Shown here: piece by piece, positions 1 to 10,095 of the stretch
Numbering within the stretch: the first letter of the stretch is position 1
Layout: each line of letters begins with the position of its first letter
Source: Escherichia coli
Lineage (GTDB): Bacteria; Pseudomonadota; Gammaproteobacteria; Enterobacterales; Enterobacteriaceae
Strand: one strand, 5' to 3'
NCBI RefSeq assembly: GCF_024502345.1
Contig: NZ_JALDNN010000003.1
DNA length: 64,000 bases
Translations under genes and position numbers: made by a program
Notes under the pieces: model-generated
Told to the model about the DNA's origin: nothing
Seen by the model: only the letters and a program-made list of their open reading frames with translations
Databases searched by the model: none

Positions 1-816
1 ATTAATGAGTTGCCTGTAACGTCGCTGGTAAAGCCATTGACACAAGTGCATCTCAGCCTGTATCTGAAAACAACGCATTTATCTCAGTTCGTCCCTGACT
101 ACGTTGAGTCTCTGAAAGATTGTCCGGTTTCGTATGATATCGGCCTTGAACTTCAGCAGTGTATCAACAGTGCTGAATTGCTCTGTGAAGACATGGAGTC
201 ACTTGAGTTTATCTCTGTATGGATAGAGCTCTATACGTGTAATTCAAAGCAACAGCGGTTTGAGAAAAGTAACTTTTCTTTTCGAACTGAAGATATCGAG
301 CTGGCTAAGATGCTGTCTTGCTCGCATGAAATCTTAATAAGTCAGGCGGCTTGTTTCTGGCTTTTGTATTTTGAAGATTTCATGAAATATGTTCGTAATA
401 GGCTCTGTGCATTACTCAGACAGGTTTTAATTTTGATTGCAGGACTGCGAAATGTATACCTGCAACGGAATGAAGATCAGTTGATTAAGAGAGTTAAGCA
501 CGGGAATGAAATGCTGGAGGTGACTCTTAAAGCTGTTGCACTATGTTCAATGGAAAGGTATCTGAAATCATATGCCTCTTTACGAACAGAAGCGGCGGCT
601 TCTGGGTTTATCAAATGCATTCAGTCTTATATCAGTACTGGTTGGAGACATGGCTATATAGTCTGTCAATATTCAAAAAATGGACGGTCTCTTGGTAAGT
701 CATTACCACTTTTTATAAAAGAGACATCTGAGCATAATATACAGAAACGTGTCAATCGCCTTATATCTTCCACGATTTCGGGGCGAAATAAAGATTTAGG
801 TCTTTACGATTTCTGA
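1..816 (+). CDS. hypothetical protein, 5'-partial (open from window edge); first gene of same-strand array
   Basis: Frame 1 is open from base 1 (track ORF 10..816 begins at an internal TTG); AT-rich codon usage; followed 70 bp later by next array gene. Confidence 0.4.
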   Translation: MNELPVTSLVKPLTQVHLSLYLKTTHLSQFVPDYVESLKDCPVSYDIGLELQQCINSAELLCEDMESLEFISVWIELYTCNSKQQRFEKSNFSFRTEDIELAKMLSCSHEILISQAACFWLLYFEDFMKYVRNRLCALLRQVLILIAGLRNVYLQRNEDQLIKRVKHGNEMLEVTLKAVALCSMERYLKSYASLRTEAAASGFIKCIQSYISTGWRHGYIVCQYSKNGRSLGKSLPLFIKETSEHNIQKRVNRLISSTISGRNKDLGLYDF

Positions 817-886
817 TTAACATTACCCATCCGGGGATTACATCCCTGATGGGTGTAATCCCATTTTTTATTTAAGTGAGGATTAC

Positions 887-1822
887 ATGAAAATTATTGA
901 GAAAATCATTAATGCATTTCTGATATCGCGTAAACATTCAGTGAAGGTCAGTAATGTTATCTGCTTGAGTGGCACCGACGGTAAATTTACTGGAATATGC
1001 TGTGACGCCGATGTTTCATTTGATTTTCTTTATTCGTATGCCCCCGCATACAGTTCAACATTTTTAGATATCCCGTTTCCTGGGTTTGAAGACCAGGACA
1101 TCGCGGATTGTGTTAAATGTCAGTTAGATGTAGTTAAAAATAAACGGAATCGGTCTTTTTTAATTGACCATATTAGATTTCCAGTTTCCTCAAGGGAAGG
1201 ATTCACTCTGACACGCGGTGATAGTTACGACGTGACTGAATGTGAATATAATAAGGAACGATTGCTACATCTGACCCGACAAGGACGTTTTTGTGAAGAC
1301 TATCTCACGTTCAAGGATGGCCTGAGTTCCTTCTTTTCATTTGTGAATTTCGAATTACATGAAATAGTGAAGGAAGGTATACGTTTGGCACTTGATGTTT
1401 TAAACAAGATTACATCTGATCAACCAGACCGTCTTATAAAAGACTTTAAGTATCATGATTGCTTCGGCAGTTATAATGTACAAATATTTTCTAAGGGTCT
1501 GCCAGTTGATATCCTTGAAACGATGATTGCACCTGATAGGTTGTTGTCTAACTTGTCAGGTAGTCGTCAGATTATGAAAAATGCAAGTCGCTATCTTAAA
1601 GGCTTTGCCCTCAGTAATCGTGTTTACATGAAATACGGATGGCGTTTAGCAGATGTTGACACATCTGACTATGCGAAAGTTATGTCAGATAGAGAAATGC
1701 ATGCCAGAGATGATCTTAAGGCGTTTTGCAGTGTCTTTTTTAAAGAGTGTTTCGCATCCGGAAAATATGAATACGAAGCATACCTGAGTGAAAGACAACA
1801 CGCGATTCGTAACGGGTATTAA
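887..1822 (+). CDS. hypothetical protein, array member (311 aa)
   Basis: ATG preceded by GAGGA SD and conserved hairpin module; N-terminus MKIIEKIINAFL resembles next ORF (MKAIYKIIEAML); no recognised domain. Confidence 0.55.
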   Translation: MKIIEKIINAFLISRKHSVKVSNVICLSGTDGKFTGICCDADVSFDFLYSYAPAYSSTFLDIPFPGFEDQDIADCVKCQLDVVKNKRNRSFLIDHIRFPVSSREGFTLTRGDSYDVTECEYNKERLLHLTRQGRFCEDYLTFKDGLSSFFSFVNFELHEIVKEGIRLALDVLNKITSDQPDRLIKDFKYHDCFGSYNVQIFSKGLPVDILETMIAPDRLLSNLSGSRQIMKNASRYLKGFALSNRVYMKYGWRLADVDTSDYAKVMSDREMHARDDLKAFCSVFFKECFASGKYEYEAYLSERQHAIRNGY

Positions 1823-1899
1823 TACTTATTATCAACTTATCTAATCCCTGAGGGAATTCTTCCCTTGGAGAGGATTCCCTCTTAACCGAGGGCTACAAA

Positions 1900-2820
1900 A
1901 TGAAAGCGATTTATAAAATAATTGAAGCGATGCTGGTGAAAATGGGCTTTGAAGGTGCCGTGATCCAAAGTGTCAATCTGGAAACGGGTGTGATTCAGAG
2001 TCTAGTTGTTAAGGCTGATATTCCTGTCCGGACTTTAATGCCGCATTTAAGGCGATATCTGCGCGATTGTGAGCCTTTATGGGGACATGACGTGGATTAC
2101 CACCCTATAGCACAATATTGCTCAGGAGCTGCGTTGTTGAAGGCTGGGCCGGTCACTCTTGAAACCTTTCGGTTTGAGGTTTCAGTGTCAACTGCTCACC
2201 TGCGGCTTGTGGATATTGAGCCGGACTGTCTAAATGAGGGTGTGAACCGTGAAAAACTGGAGTATGTATATTACCGCTCCAGCAATGCAGACAAGGATCT
2301 AATACTTGGTATGGTTGAAAAAGGACATAATTTTATCAATCATCTGCATGAACTTTTACGCTCGCGCTTATCAACGGCTTTGCCGCTGATTTTCGCAGTT
2401 ACAGAAAAGATTGCGGAGAGTTCAGTTCCACAAGTAGTCACCAGCTTTTTCAGTGTTGACCATCAAATCAATGCCCAGATAGTAGTCGAACCTGTACCCG
2501 TTTCAGTCGCAGACCAGATAATTTCTGCTGACTGGAATGTGTGTAGTGTTTCAGGAGCGGATAAGTTCCTGAACCATGTTAATCGTTATCTGTCGGGTAG
2601 GGTGATGAAGCGGCGTATTTACGCTGTTATAGAAGCTTGCGACGGTGGATCTTTATCCCTCAATGCGAACTTAGGTTGCTTTACATCACCTCTTCTCGTA
2701 ACTGAGTATAAAATGGTTCAGTCACACTCTTCATCGCTTTATCGAAAGGCTATAAATAACTCGCTTAAGCAAGTTAATTCGTATGCTCCAGAGCATTCAG
2801 ATGACCTGCTTTCTATGTAA
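1900..2820 (+). CDS. hypothetical protein, array member (306 aa)
   Basis: ATG preceded by SD-like GAGGG and hairpin module; N-terminal similarity to 887..1822. Confidence 0.55.
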   Translation: MKAIYKIIEAMLVKMGFEGAVIQSVNLETGVIQSLVVKADIPVRTLMPHLRRYLRDCEPLWGHDVDYHPIAQYCSGAALLKAGPVTLETFRFEVSVSTAHLRLVDIEPDCLNEGVNREKLEYVYYRSSNADKDLILGMVEKGHNFINHLHELLRSRLSTALPLIFAVTEKIAESSVPQVVTSFFSVDHQINAQIVVEPVPVSVADQIISADWNVCSVSGADKFLNHVNRYLSGRVMKRRIYAVIEACDGGSLSLNANLGCFTSPLLVTEYKMVQSHSSSLYRKAINNSLKQVNSYAPEHSDDLLSM

Positions 2821-2892
2821 TTAATTTTACCCATTGGGGAAGCGTATTCCCCGTGGGGGTTGCTTCCTTTCTTCATTAAAGAGGAAGTGAAT

Positions 2893-3828
2893 ATGTTTAA
2901 TGAAAGTGATGATAAAAACTTTGTTAGTGCAATGCTTAAATGTCAACTTGGCCTGAATATAAGCCAAGAGGATATTACAATATATGACAAAGAAAATCAT
3001 TTTGAACAACTTTCTTTTAAAGCAAATGTGGCGCTTGATGATTTGTTATTTTATCTGGATTTATATATATCAGAATTGATTAAGCATAATGCGCCGTATT
3101 CTGAAACTGAAGTCCTTCGGACTAAAATCAAATACTTTCTTAAAGTATATGAAAAGTCTGGTTTTCAGAACATAAGAATTCGCGGTTATCATAACGCGCA
3201 CAGCACTATAGATATTGTCGATATCGCATCATTAATATTGGCGGGGTCTGTACCGGAGTCTGAACATGATTCAATAGATCCTGTTTTAAGAAAGGAAATC
3301 TATCAAAATCGCATGAGTGTTGAGGGTAAAGTTCTCATTGCCCGTTTTGCACTTAAGCAATTTTTCCATTCTGATTTTGGTGATTTCATCTTAGAGTTCG
3401 AGAAAAGTATCTCCAAGTGTTTGAATACTTCTCTCCAGATAATTAAATCTGTAAAGAACTCATTTAACCGTTTAGGTCAATATCAATATCAGCGTCGTGT
3501 AAAAGATGACCTGACTTTGCATCTTGATTTGAATACAGATGAATACCCGGCCTGTATGCCAGACCTTTACATCGGTTTCAAGGAGTCTGAAGGGACGACG
3601 GGAGTGTATCGCGATGATGAAAAAATCATTCGTCTTTATACTGGCGTTAGTTCCGGAAAGGATGTTCCTGTAATGATGACCGTTCGATTCACTGGCTGTG
3701 ACGGGAGTGTTTTGTCTGAATCATCGCACGGTACTTTCTGTTCCGTGGGACCTACCGGCCGAGTGCAGGTTTGTGACAGAGTTGCGTTGGTCCAAGAAGC
3801 GGTCGAAGAGTTACGGGATGTTGTTTAA
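2893..3828 (+). CDS. hypothetical protein, array member (311 aa)
   Basis: ATG at 2893 preceded by GAGGAAG SD (track ORF starts at upstream TTG 2860); shares blocks with 4005..4961 (KVLIARFALKQFFHSDF vs QVLIARFALEKFWDTHF; YQYQRRVKDDLTLHLDL vs YSYTRRITDELSLHISL). Confidence 0.55.
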   Translation: MFNESDDKNFVSAMLKCQLGLNISQEDITIYDKENHFEQLSFKANVALDDLLFYLDLYISELIKHNAPYSETEVLRTKIKYFLKVYEKSGFQNIRIRGYHNAHSTIDIVDIASLILAGSVPESEHDSIDPVLRKEIYQNRMSVEGKVLIARFALKQFFHSDFGDFILEFEKSISKCLNTSLQIIKSVKNSFNRLGQYQYQRRVKDDLTLHLDLNTDEYPACMPDLYIGFKESEGTTGVYRDDEKIIRLYTGVSSGKDVPVMMTVRFTGCDGSVLSESSHGTFCSVGPTGRVQVCDRVALVQEAVEELRDVV

Positions 3829-4004
3829 CCCTTGTTTTTTACCTCTTCATTCCAAAAAGTAACTTTGTTCTACCAAATGACCGCGCTACCTATTCTGATC
3901 AACTTGCAGGAAAGAATGGCGCAGTAGTACATATTTTTAATCCACCCACTGGGGAAGTCGCTCCCCTGTGGGGCACTTCCTTTAATAATCCTGAGGAAGT
4001 GAAG

Positions 4005-4961
4005 ATGACTAATTCTACTGATAACCAGAACTACGTTCGTGCAGTACTGGCAGGCATTGGTATTGATTTTGATGAAACAGAGATGTTTATCAGTGTCTCT
4101 CATTGCCAGAGCGACGAAGTTTCGTTTACATGCAGTATATCAGCCAGTGAGTTAAGAGAATCTGCGGGGCATTATGTGGATACTCTTAATGATACCCAAC
4201 TGGCTGGCCTGGATGCGGATGCACTCAAGAAGCGACTGGTTTACTTCCTTGAGGTTTTCGACCTGGTTTCCGGTCAATATCTGGATATTTCCGGTAAACA
4301 TTTCGCGACCAGCCGCTTTGAATACGACGATGTCTGTAGTGAGATCCTGAGTAACTCTGCGGACAGCGCCCAGCCAGGTGGCTATGATCGTGAAGAGTAC
4401 AAAAGACTGATGGAAGTTGATGGTCAGGTTTTAATCGCCCGATTTGCACTGGAAAAATTCTGGGATACGCATTTTATTGGGCTTATCAACTATGTATCAG
4501 ATGAAATAACATCCGGGCTTTATGAGGCTTATCGCACGTTCAGTGATATAAACATGGCCGGTTATACATTTAGTGAGTATTCATATACGCGTCGTATTAC
4601 CGACGAACTTAGTTTGCATATTTCACTTAAAGAGGACGATTTCGAAGAGCAATTAACCGATTGTTATATGGATGAAACAACGCTGCCGTCTGGCAAGGTG
4701 GTTTTACGCCGTAATAATGAATCAATTATTGGGATTTATGAAGGATATGCTTCAAAATCTTACTTTCCTATGGTTGCTAATGTTAGAGTCCTTGATACAG
4801 ATGGTGAAGTTGTTACTGAACTTTACCAAGGGGTGAATGTATCAGAATTAGCTGGTGGTCGGATTAAAATCCATGACCGTCAGGAATTAATTTCTGAGGT
4901 GTTCGCTAACTTACGTGAATTCATCCCAGCATCAGAGGATAAAATCTTTGATGCGGCATGA
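4005..4961 (+). CDS. hypothetical protein, array member (318 aa), paralog of 2893..3828
   Basis: ATG at 4005 preceded by GAGGAAG SD and hairpin module (track ORF starts at upstream GTG 3999); clear paralogy to preceding ORF. Confidence 0.55.
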   Translation: MTNSTDNQNYVRAVLAGIGIDFDETEMFISVSHCQSDEVSFTCSISASELRESAGHYVDTLNDTQLAGLDADALKKRLVYFLEVFDLVSGQYLDISGKHFATSRFEYDDVCSEILSNSADSAQPGGYDREEYKRLMEVDGQVLIARFALEKFWDTHFIGLINYVSDEITSGLYEAYRTFSDINMAGYTFSEYSYTRRITDELSLHISLKEDDFEEQLTDCYMDETTLPSGKVVLRRNNESIIGIYEGYASKSYFPMVANVRVLDTDGEVVTELYQGVNVSELAGGRIKIHDRQELISEVFANLREFIPASEDKIFDAA

Positions 4962-5007
4962 GTCCTGAAGGTTGAATTATATATTTTCAGGTTTTTATAC
5001 TTCTAAG

Positions 5008-5037
5008 AAGGCACGGTTATCCGTGCCTTTTTTTTTG
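5008..5037 (+). terminator. putative intrinsic terminator after the ORF array
   Basis: GC stem GGCACGG-TTAT-CCGTGCC followed by a run of 9 T, about 50 bp after the stop at 4961; coordinates approximate. Confidence 0.6.
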
Positions 5038-5697
5038 CTTTCGTCAAAACTTGCATTGATTTCACAATTTTACAACGTTCTTACTGCCCTATATGTTTTA
5101 CGGTACTGTACTCTTGGCACCGTTACATGTAAGCCTTCCATTACCTTCTTCAACCAAACCTAGCCTAATTTACATCCTTCCAGCTGTTTCCTTCTCTGCT
5201 TCTTTTACTCGAATGTTTTGCCCCTTGCTGACGTTTCCGGCAGCACACAGTCCGAATGCTGGAGCCTCCAAATTACTTTTTACTTCTTTTGTTTCGGTTT
5301 CGCGAAAATAGGTCTCTTATCTGAAAAATGGATCGTTAGAGATTTGTATACTGTTTAAAACAAAGGAGTCACTATGCCTGCCACTACAATCCTGAGCAAT
5401 AACCCTGTGAATTCGGTCTTCTCTAATGACAATAGCCATTTCACATACCGGCATATTGATTTCAGTATTGAGCTACTGCTTTCTTCAGGAACTGACTCAC
5501 AACTGGAATATCTGTTTCTCAAACCGGCGGCTGAAGTAAAGATCGATTTACAGCGCCGTTTAGCTAGTGGGGAACGTTACGTTACAACCGAGAGTTGTGA
5601 CAATTTTAGCGAAGTTGATGGCTGCATGGGACACGATTGCTGAGGACTTTATAACGGCAGGCGTCCGATTTAAAACAACACGAGACACTATCACCTA

Positions 5698-6288
5698 ATG
5701 ATGACTGAATCGTTCTTTGACTGGGTTGTGTATTGCATCACAGGCGTAATACTGGCATCTGCGTTCCTCGAAGGAAAAAGAACCCGTTTTCCGGCTGCAT
5801 TTTTTTACGGAAGCATTGTGCTGCTGGTCGTTTTGATAGTGGCCGGTGCCCTCAACTGGTGGTTCTACCGTTCTAAATTCGGCTCAGTTGTCGTTATTTT
5901 TGCCGCGACAACGCTGTTAATGACCCGATTCAGATTGGTTATTTATGCGTTCAGGTTTCGGACGCTGGTGGCAGATCTCCAATCACATGTAGCCAAGGGA
6001 TTCAGGATAATCCTTGTCTTACCCGAAAATGAAGACGAGAAGACCGTTTTGCTTAGCAAATTGTCGAAAGTGATACATTCTGGGACGTTGTTTTATACCC
6101 GAACTGCTCTGGGTCCATATTCTGGGGATCTCCTGCATGCTCTGGGACAAAAGCACCGAAATGGCGAGGGCTATCTGCTTCTTTGTGAGCAACAACTTCC
6201 GGCTCGAACCTGGCTAAGCACTGTAGAAAACGGTCAACCAGAGAAGTCTATTGCAGTTAATTTTCATTCGATCCCTGATATGGAGTGA
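5698..6288 (+). CDS. hypothetical membrane protein (196 aa)
   Basis: Long ORF with hydrophobic N-terminal segments (VLASAFLEG, IVLLVVLIVAGALNWWF, VVVIFAATTLLM); no recognised domain. Confidence 0.4.
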   Translation: MMTESFFDWVVYCITGVILASAFLEGKRTRFPAAFFYGSIVLLVVLIVAGALNWWFYRSKFGSVVVIFAATTLLMTRFRLVIYAFRFRTLVADLQSHVAKGFRIILVLPENEDEKTVLLSKLSKVIHSGTLFYTRTALGPYSGDLLHALGQKHRNGEGYLLLCEQQLPARTWLSTVENGQPEKSIAVNFHSIPDME

Positions 6289-6295
6289 TACCCCT

Positions 6296-6553
6296 ATGAG
6301 CAATACAGATTCACAGACCGTACCAGCTGATGCCCTGTGTGAAAACAGTTCTCAGGTGAAAATTCAGCTAAGTCGAAGCGCCTCACGAGCATTGACGACG
6401 GCGAAAGAAATTCTTGAAACCCGAGGGCTGGTATCCGTATCCACTGAAGACCTTGTTCAGGCCTGTCTCGAAGAAAATCAGCCACTCGACCTGGCAAGTA
6501 TCTATCTTGAGCACCGGCTAAAACAGAAGGGAACCAGTATCTGTGAATTTTAG
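6296..6553 (+). CDS. hypothetical protein (85 aa)
   Basis: ATG at 6296 with GGAG about 10 nt upstream; overlaps the end of the preceding ORF in a coupled arrangement. Confidence 0.35.
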   Translation: MSNTDSQTVPADALCENSSQVKIQLSRSASRALTTAKEILETRGLVSVSTEDLVQACLEENQPLDLASIYLEHRLKQKGTSICEF

Positions 6554-6626
6554 TGTTTTCCAACCTATTGGGGAAATTCCGGAATGTGTTTATATAGCTG
6601 TAAGTAAAGCACTCTACAGGTAAATA

Positions 6627-7163
6627 ATGAAAAGCAAAATTCACTCTTCAGGAACGTCCGGCACGAAACGAGTACTTAAAACGGATATTGCGTTGCCTCT
6701 GCTTTGTTGGGTGTTCACCAGTCCATTCAGTAACTGGACTGATAAGTTTTTTACCGGCACAGAAGTGCCGGAGGGCTCGCTGCCGGGTCTAGAACAGGCG
6801 CCTGAGGCTATCTTCCGATTTGTGCTCAATGACGAAGGTTTTGATGTTGGTTTTGACGCGGTGGGAATGGATCTCTGTTGTTTCTCTATCCCGCTTTCGA
6901 CGATGCCCACAAAGAATCTGGACGACGAAGAGACGTTGTCGAGGCTTACCGGCGACGTGATACACGGCGTCCTGCTTTCGCTTCCGGAGTACATTGAAAT
7001 GCCAGACAGGCTGGTCTATCAGCTAACTGATGAGGTCATGGCGTTCAATTCACACTGTGGCAACGGAATTCTACATGGATGGACGACGGCTCAAGAGTTG
7101 TGGCGAAACGAGATCCTGCCACGCACCACTATTTTGATGCAGCAGACATCAGTCATTCACTGA
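6627..7163 (+). CDS. hypothetical protein (178 aa)
   Basis: ORF track; same strand as neighbours; no recognised domain. Confidence 0.4.
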   Translation: MKSKIHSSGTSGTKRVLKTDIALPLLCWVFTSPFSNWTDKFFTGTEVPEGSLPGLEQAPEAIFRFVLNDEGFDVGFDAVGMDLCCFSIPLSTMPTKNLDDEETLSRLTGDVIHGVLLSLPEYIEMPDRLVYQLTDEVMAFNSHCGNGILHGWTTAQELWRNEILPRTTILMQQTSVIH

Positions 7164-7179
7164 GTTCCGGGGGCTCTGG

Positions 7180-7635
7180 ATGAAAAAGCGACTTTACCTT
7201 CTTGAATGGAAACTTCGTGAGACAAGAGCCTGGTTAGGATGGATGGTGTTCTGGATTATCATCAGTTTTATGTTTTTATCAGCGATGCTCATGACAGGTC
7301 ATTTGTTAAACAAAGTTGTCCTCCAGCCCGTTTGGCTGTGTATCTGGTCTTTACCCTGGCTGGGCTTCTTGTTGAAGGTACGCGTGACCGAGATGGATAA
7401 AGGGCTCGTGAATACACTTCAGCTCGGAGATCTGCCGGTTTTCCGCTGGAGTCGTTCTGTAGTTCCTGGCACCTGGTCTGTTGACAGAATTAATGGACGC
7501 TACCGGTTGAACCGGATTGGAACGGATGGTTTGACGGTACACTATCCGTGGCGCCTGAACTATCAGCCTTTGTTCCTGACACCGGATAAGCAGATTTCTG
7601 ATATTAACGGACGTGAACATGAACGAAAATTCTGA
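7180..7635 (+). CDS. hypothetical membrane protein (151 aa)
   Basis: ORF track; two hydrophobic segments near the N-terminus (WLGWMVFWIIISFMFLSAMLM, VWLCIWSLPWLGFLL). Confidence 0.4.
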   Translation: MKKRLYLLEWKLRETRAWLGWMVFWIIISFMFLSAMLMTGHLLNKVVLQPVWLCIWSLPWLGFLLKVRVTEMDKGLVNTLQLGDLPVFRWSRSVVPGTWSVDRINGRYRLNRIGTDGLTVHYPWRLNYQPLFLTPDKQISDINGREHERKF

Positions 7636-7846
7636 CGCAGTAGTGAGTGCCGCTACTTCCTGCCTGCTGTATGTGCGTGAAATCGAAAGGTCAGGCCCCG
7701 GTGAAATGCCGGTGTCATATTCAAATGAGCTTATCCAGAGATGGCTTAGTTCGGCTGAACGTCGTAATTTGCATTCCCGCCACAGCTTGCGTTCGATTCG
7801 TACAATTCTGAAGCACGCAAGGAAGAGCCGTCAGCCTGATTTTTAG
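7613..7846 (+). CDS. hypothetical small protein (77 aa)
   Basis: ORF track; start overlaps the 3' end of the preceding ORF. Confidence 0.3.
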   Translation: MNMNENSDAVVSAATSCLLYVREIERSGPGEMPVSYSNELIQRWLSSAERRNLHSRHSLRSIRTILKHARKSRQPDF

Positions 7847-8216
7847 AGCGTGATGCATTTGCTGGTGGAAGGGAAGGGTGTAATCCCGGATGTTTCAGTA
7901 TCGGATTTGGGCAATGTGCAGAACATACGTAATGAACTGATTGGTCTGGATTGGTGGGTGAAGTTTGGTGTAAAGCAGGACTGGCAGCGCATCAATCTGC
8001 AACGCCAGCCGGTCAGTTTTGGCCTTTTGAATGACCCTAATCGTTGTTTTCGGCATGACGGTCAGCAGGTTGAACCTCTGCCACTTTATACAACCGGCAA
8101 TCCCGGGGAATTGCGGAAGGTGCTGTAAAAGTACAACTACCGGCTGCATATCGACTCTTCAGAAGTCGTTGAAGACGTAACGGTGTTGCGCTGCTTTATT
8201 GAAACCGGAGTGATGA

Positions 8217-9176
8217 ATGGCCAGTGAAGATTTACTCTTTTACCGTGACCGGATTCTGGAGCGAATTGAAAAGCTCAGATCCTTTCTGAATGACCATCAG
8301 CCGGTGATGGCCGAGCTGATGACTGTGGGGACCGTCACACGACACGAAGAGCGGTTGAAAGAGGTGAACCCCATCGAGGTGAGTACTATTTCAGATGCCT
8401 CCGTGGATGAAATTATCCGTGTTATTCAGGATTTCTGTATCGATGACATTGATGTACTCAGCAGGAATTCGACGAAAGTGACAACCAAATACCCGGGGTT
8501 GATTATTGTTCCTGAGGGTGCCGAACAGCTGAGCGGAATTATTTGCGATATAAATGATGCCAAAAGTGACTTTGCCTCTGCAATGAAAAGGGTGAATTCG
8601 GAGAAACACATCCGGTTTAAGGAAGTTCACCGTAAGCTTCCCGGTCTGGTGACTGCGCATTCCACTCGCAAAATTCTGTTTGTGGAAGAACAGCTCAAAA
8701 AAGTTACTTTTGCCTGGCGGCTAAACCGAAACCAGGTAAAAACAAACGCAAGTGATCTCATCGCGATGCTGGATAAGCGTCGTTTAGTAGCGGTCAAATC
8801 GCCCGTGACAACTGACCTGACAGTGGTGGCGAACATCGATAGAGCGAAGGCATTACTGGAAAGAAAAGTACTGAGAGACGGCGAAGGGTATCGCCTTTGT
8901 CGAACCAATACCTTCCCGGTTCCGATAGCGCATTTGTTCACATACCGGCCTGAAGGCAAGGAGCGTGGAAGTAGCAAATATGCCGAGACTGATTACAAGG
9001 TGGTGAAAGCCTCATTACCCATTTTTGGCGTCGGACAAAAGCCAACAATTAAAAGACTTCAGGACTGGGTGCCAGCGCAGGATGAAGCACTGTCCAATGG
9101 TCGAAGGAGCAACCATAGCTACACGGAACTTGTACCCGGTGCAGATCTTGGCATTTTCATTATGAGAAAGGTCTGA
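8217..9176 (+). CDS. Tus-like (replication terminus site-binding protein family) homologue, divergent
   Basis: ATG with GGAG 7 nt upstream; 319 aa; blocks recalled from E. coli Tus: [23 protein letters not shown] vs [32 protein letters not shown] vs [18 protein letters not shown] vs VRLPGVLCY; comparison is from memory. Confidence 0.5.
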   Translation: [319 protein letters not shown]

Positions 9177-9186
9177 GGAGAAAAGC

Positions 9187-10095
9187 ATGCAATGGATTTC
9201 CACGACCAGCCAGAAACTTGATGAGAGACTTTATCGTGTCTGTGTCTGGGTGAAAAAATACCATGAGGATGCCATCAACCGTGTTGTGTTGACGGTTGAT
9301 CTCAGTAAGGCCCGCCATGACCCGATAGAGGACCAGGTACGGGCCGAGTTACTGTGTGGGCATTATTTTCTGATGCGGAAAGAGAACAACGCAAAATCGG
9401 CGCCAGCGGATCAGAACTTTGAATTTTTGCCTGACGGCCGCAACCTGAGCTGGCAGACGTCGACACCGGGGCTTCAGCACCTTCTCCTGAACAGCAATGT
9501 ACCTGAGTCCCTTAGGCCCCTGGCTGATTACATTCAGATGCGTCTGGCCAAGCTGACCATGGTCCCGATGTCGGGAACCATCATGAAAGCCGCACTGGAA
9601 GACAGCATCAGCTGGGTAAAAGTGGATCTGCGATACTACTGGCAGTATGAACTGGTTAATTCCCATCTGGGGCCTGTTCAGGTAACTCATAAGGCGCTTG
9701 TGCGATTCGGGAGGCTGGCAAAACACGATGAAAACGCTAGTGCAATTCGAATGCTTCGCCAGCGGTTGTCATCACCGTTTATTCAGGAATTTGAGATGCC
9801 TGGGGAGGAGCTGAAGCGCAAGCAGAAGATCATGAATACCGTTGATGTGAAAATGCTTTTCCACACACATTATCCGGGCCAGAAATTACTGCTGGCCCGA
9901 TATGCTAATGGTTGGGTGCTGGTGGATTGTTTCCTGTTCCACCATATCAAACCCAAAAAGAAGGCGAAAAACAAAACCAAAGCGGGTAAATCAGAAACTC
10001 AAAATATCAAATCGACGGGGAGTGAGGATCATGGAACTGGGCATTATGGTGTGCATCGTGTTGTTACTCTCACTGGCAGCGGTGTGGATCAGTAA
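9187..10095 (+). CDS. hypothetical protein (302 aa) with lysine-rich C-terminal tail
   Basis: ORF track; begins 11 bp after the Tus-like stop; no recognised domain. Confidence 0.4.
   Translation: MQWISTTSQKLDERLYRVCVWVKKYHEDAINRVVLTVDLSKARHDPIEDQVRAELLCGHYFLMRKENNAKSAPADQNFEFLPDGRNLSWQTSTPGLQHLLLNSNVPESLRPLADYIQMRLAKLTMVPMSGTIMKAALEDSISWVKVDLRYYWQYELVNSHLGPVQVTHKALVRFGRLAKHDENASAIRMLRQRLSSPFIQEFEMPGEELKRKQKIMNTVDVKMLFHTHYPGQKLLLARYANGWVLVDCFLFHHIKPKKKAKNKTKAGKSETQNIKSTGSEDHGTGHYGVHRVVTLTGSGVDQ

Noticed and set aside
4972-5311. Small ORFs 4972..5163 and 5093..5311 after the paralog array
   Set aside because: They overlap the intrinsic terminator and an AT-rich, likely promoter-bearing spacer; translations are hydrophobic and low-complexity with no start context, so they are probably non-coding.
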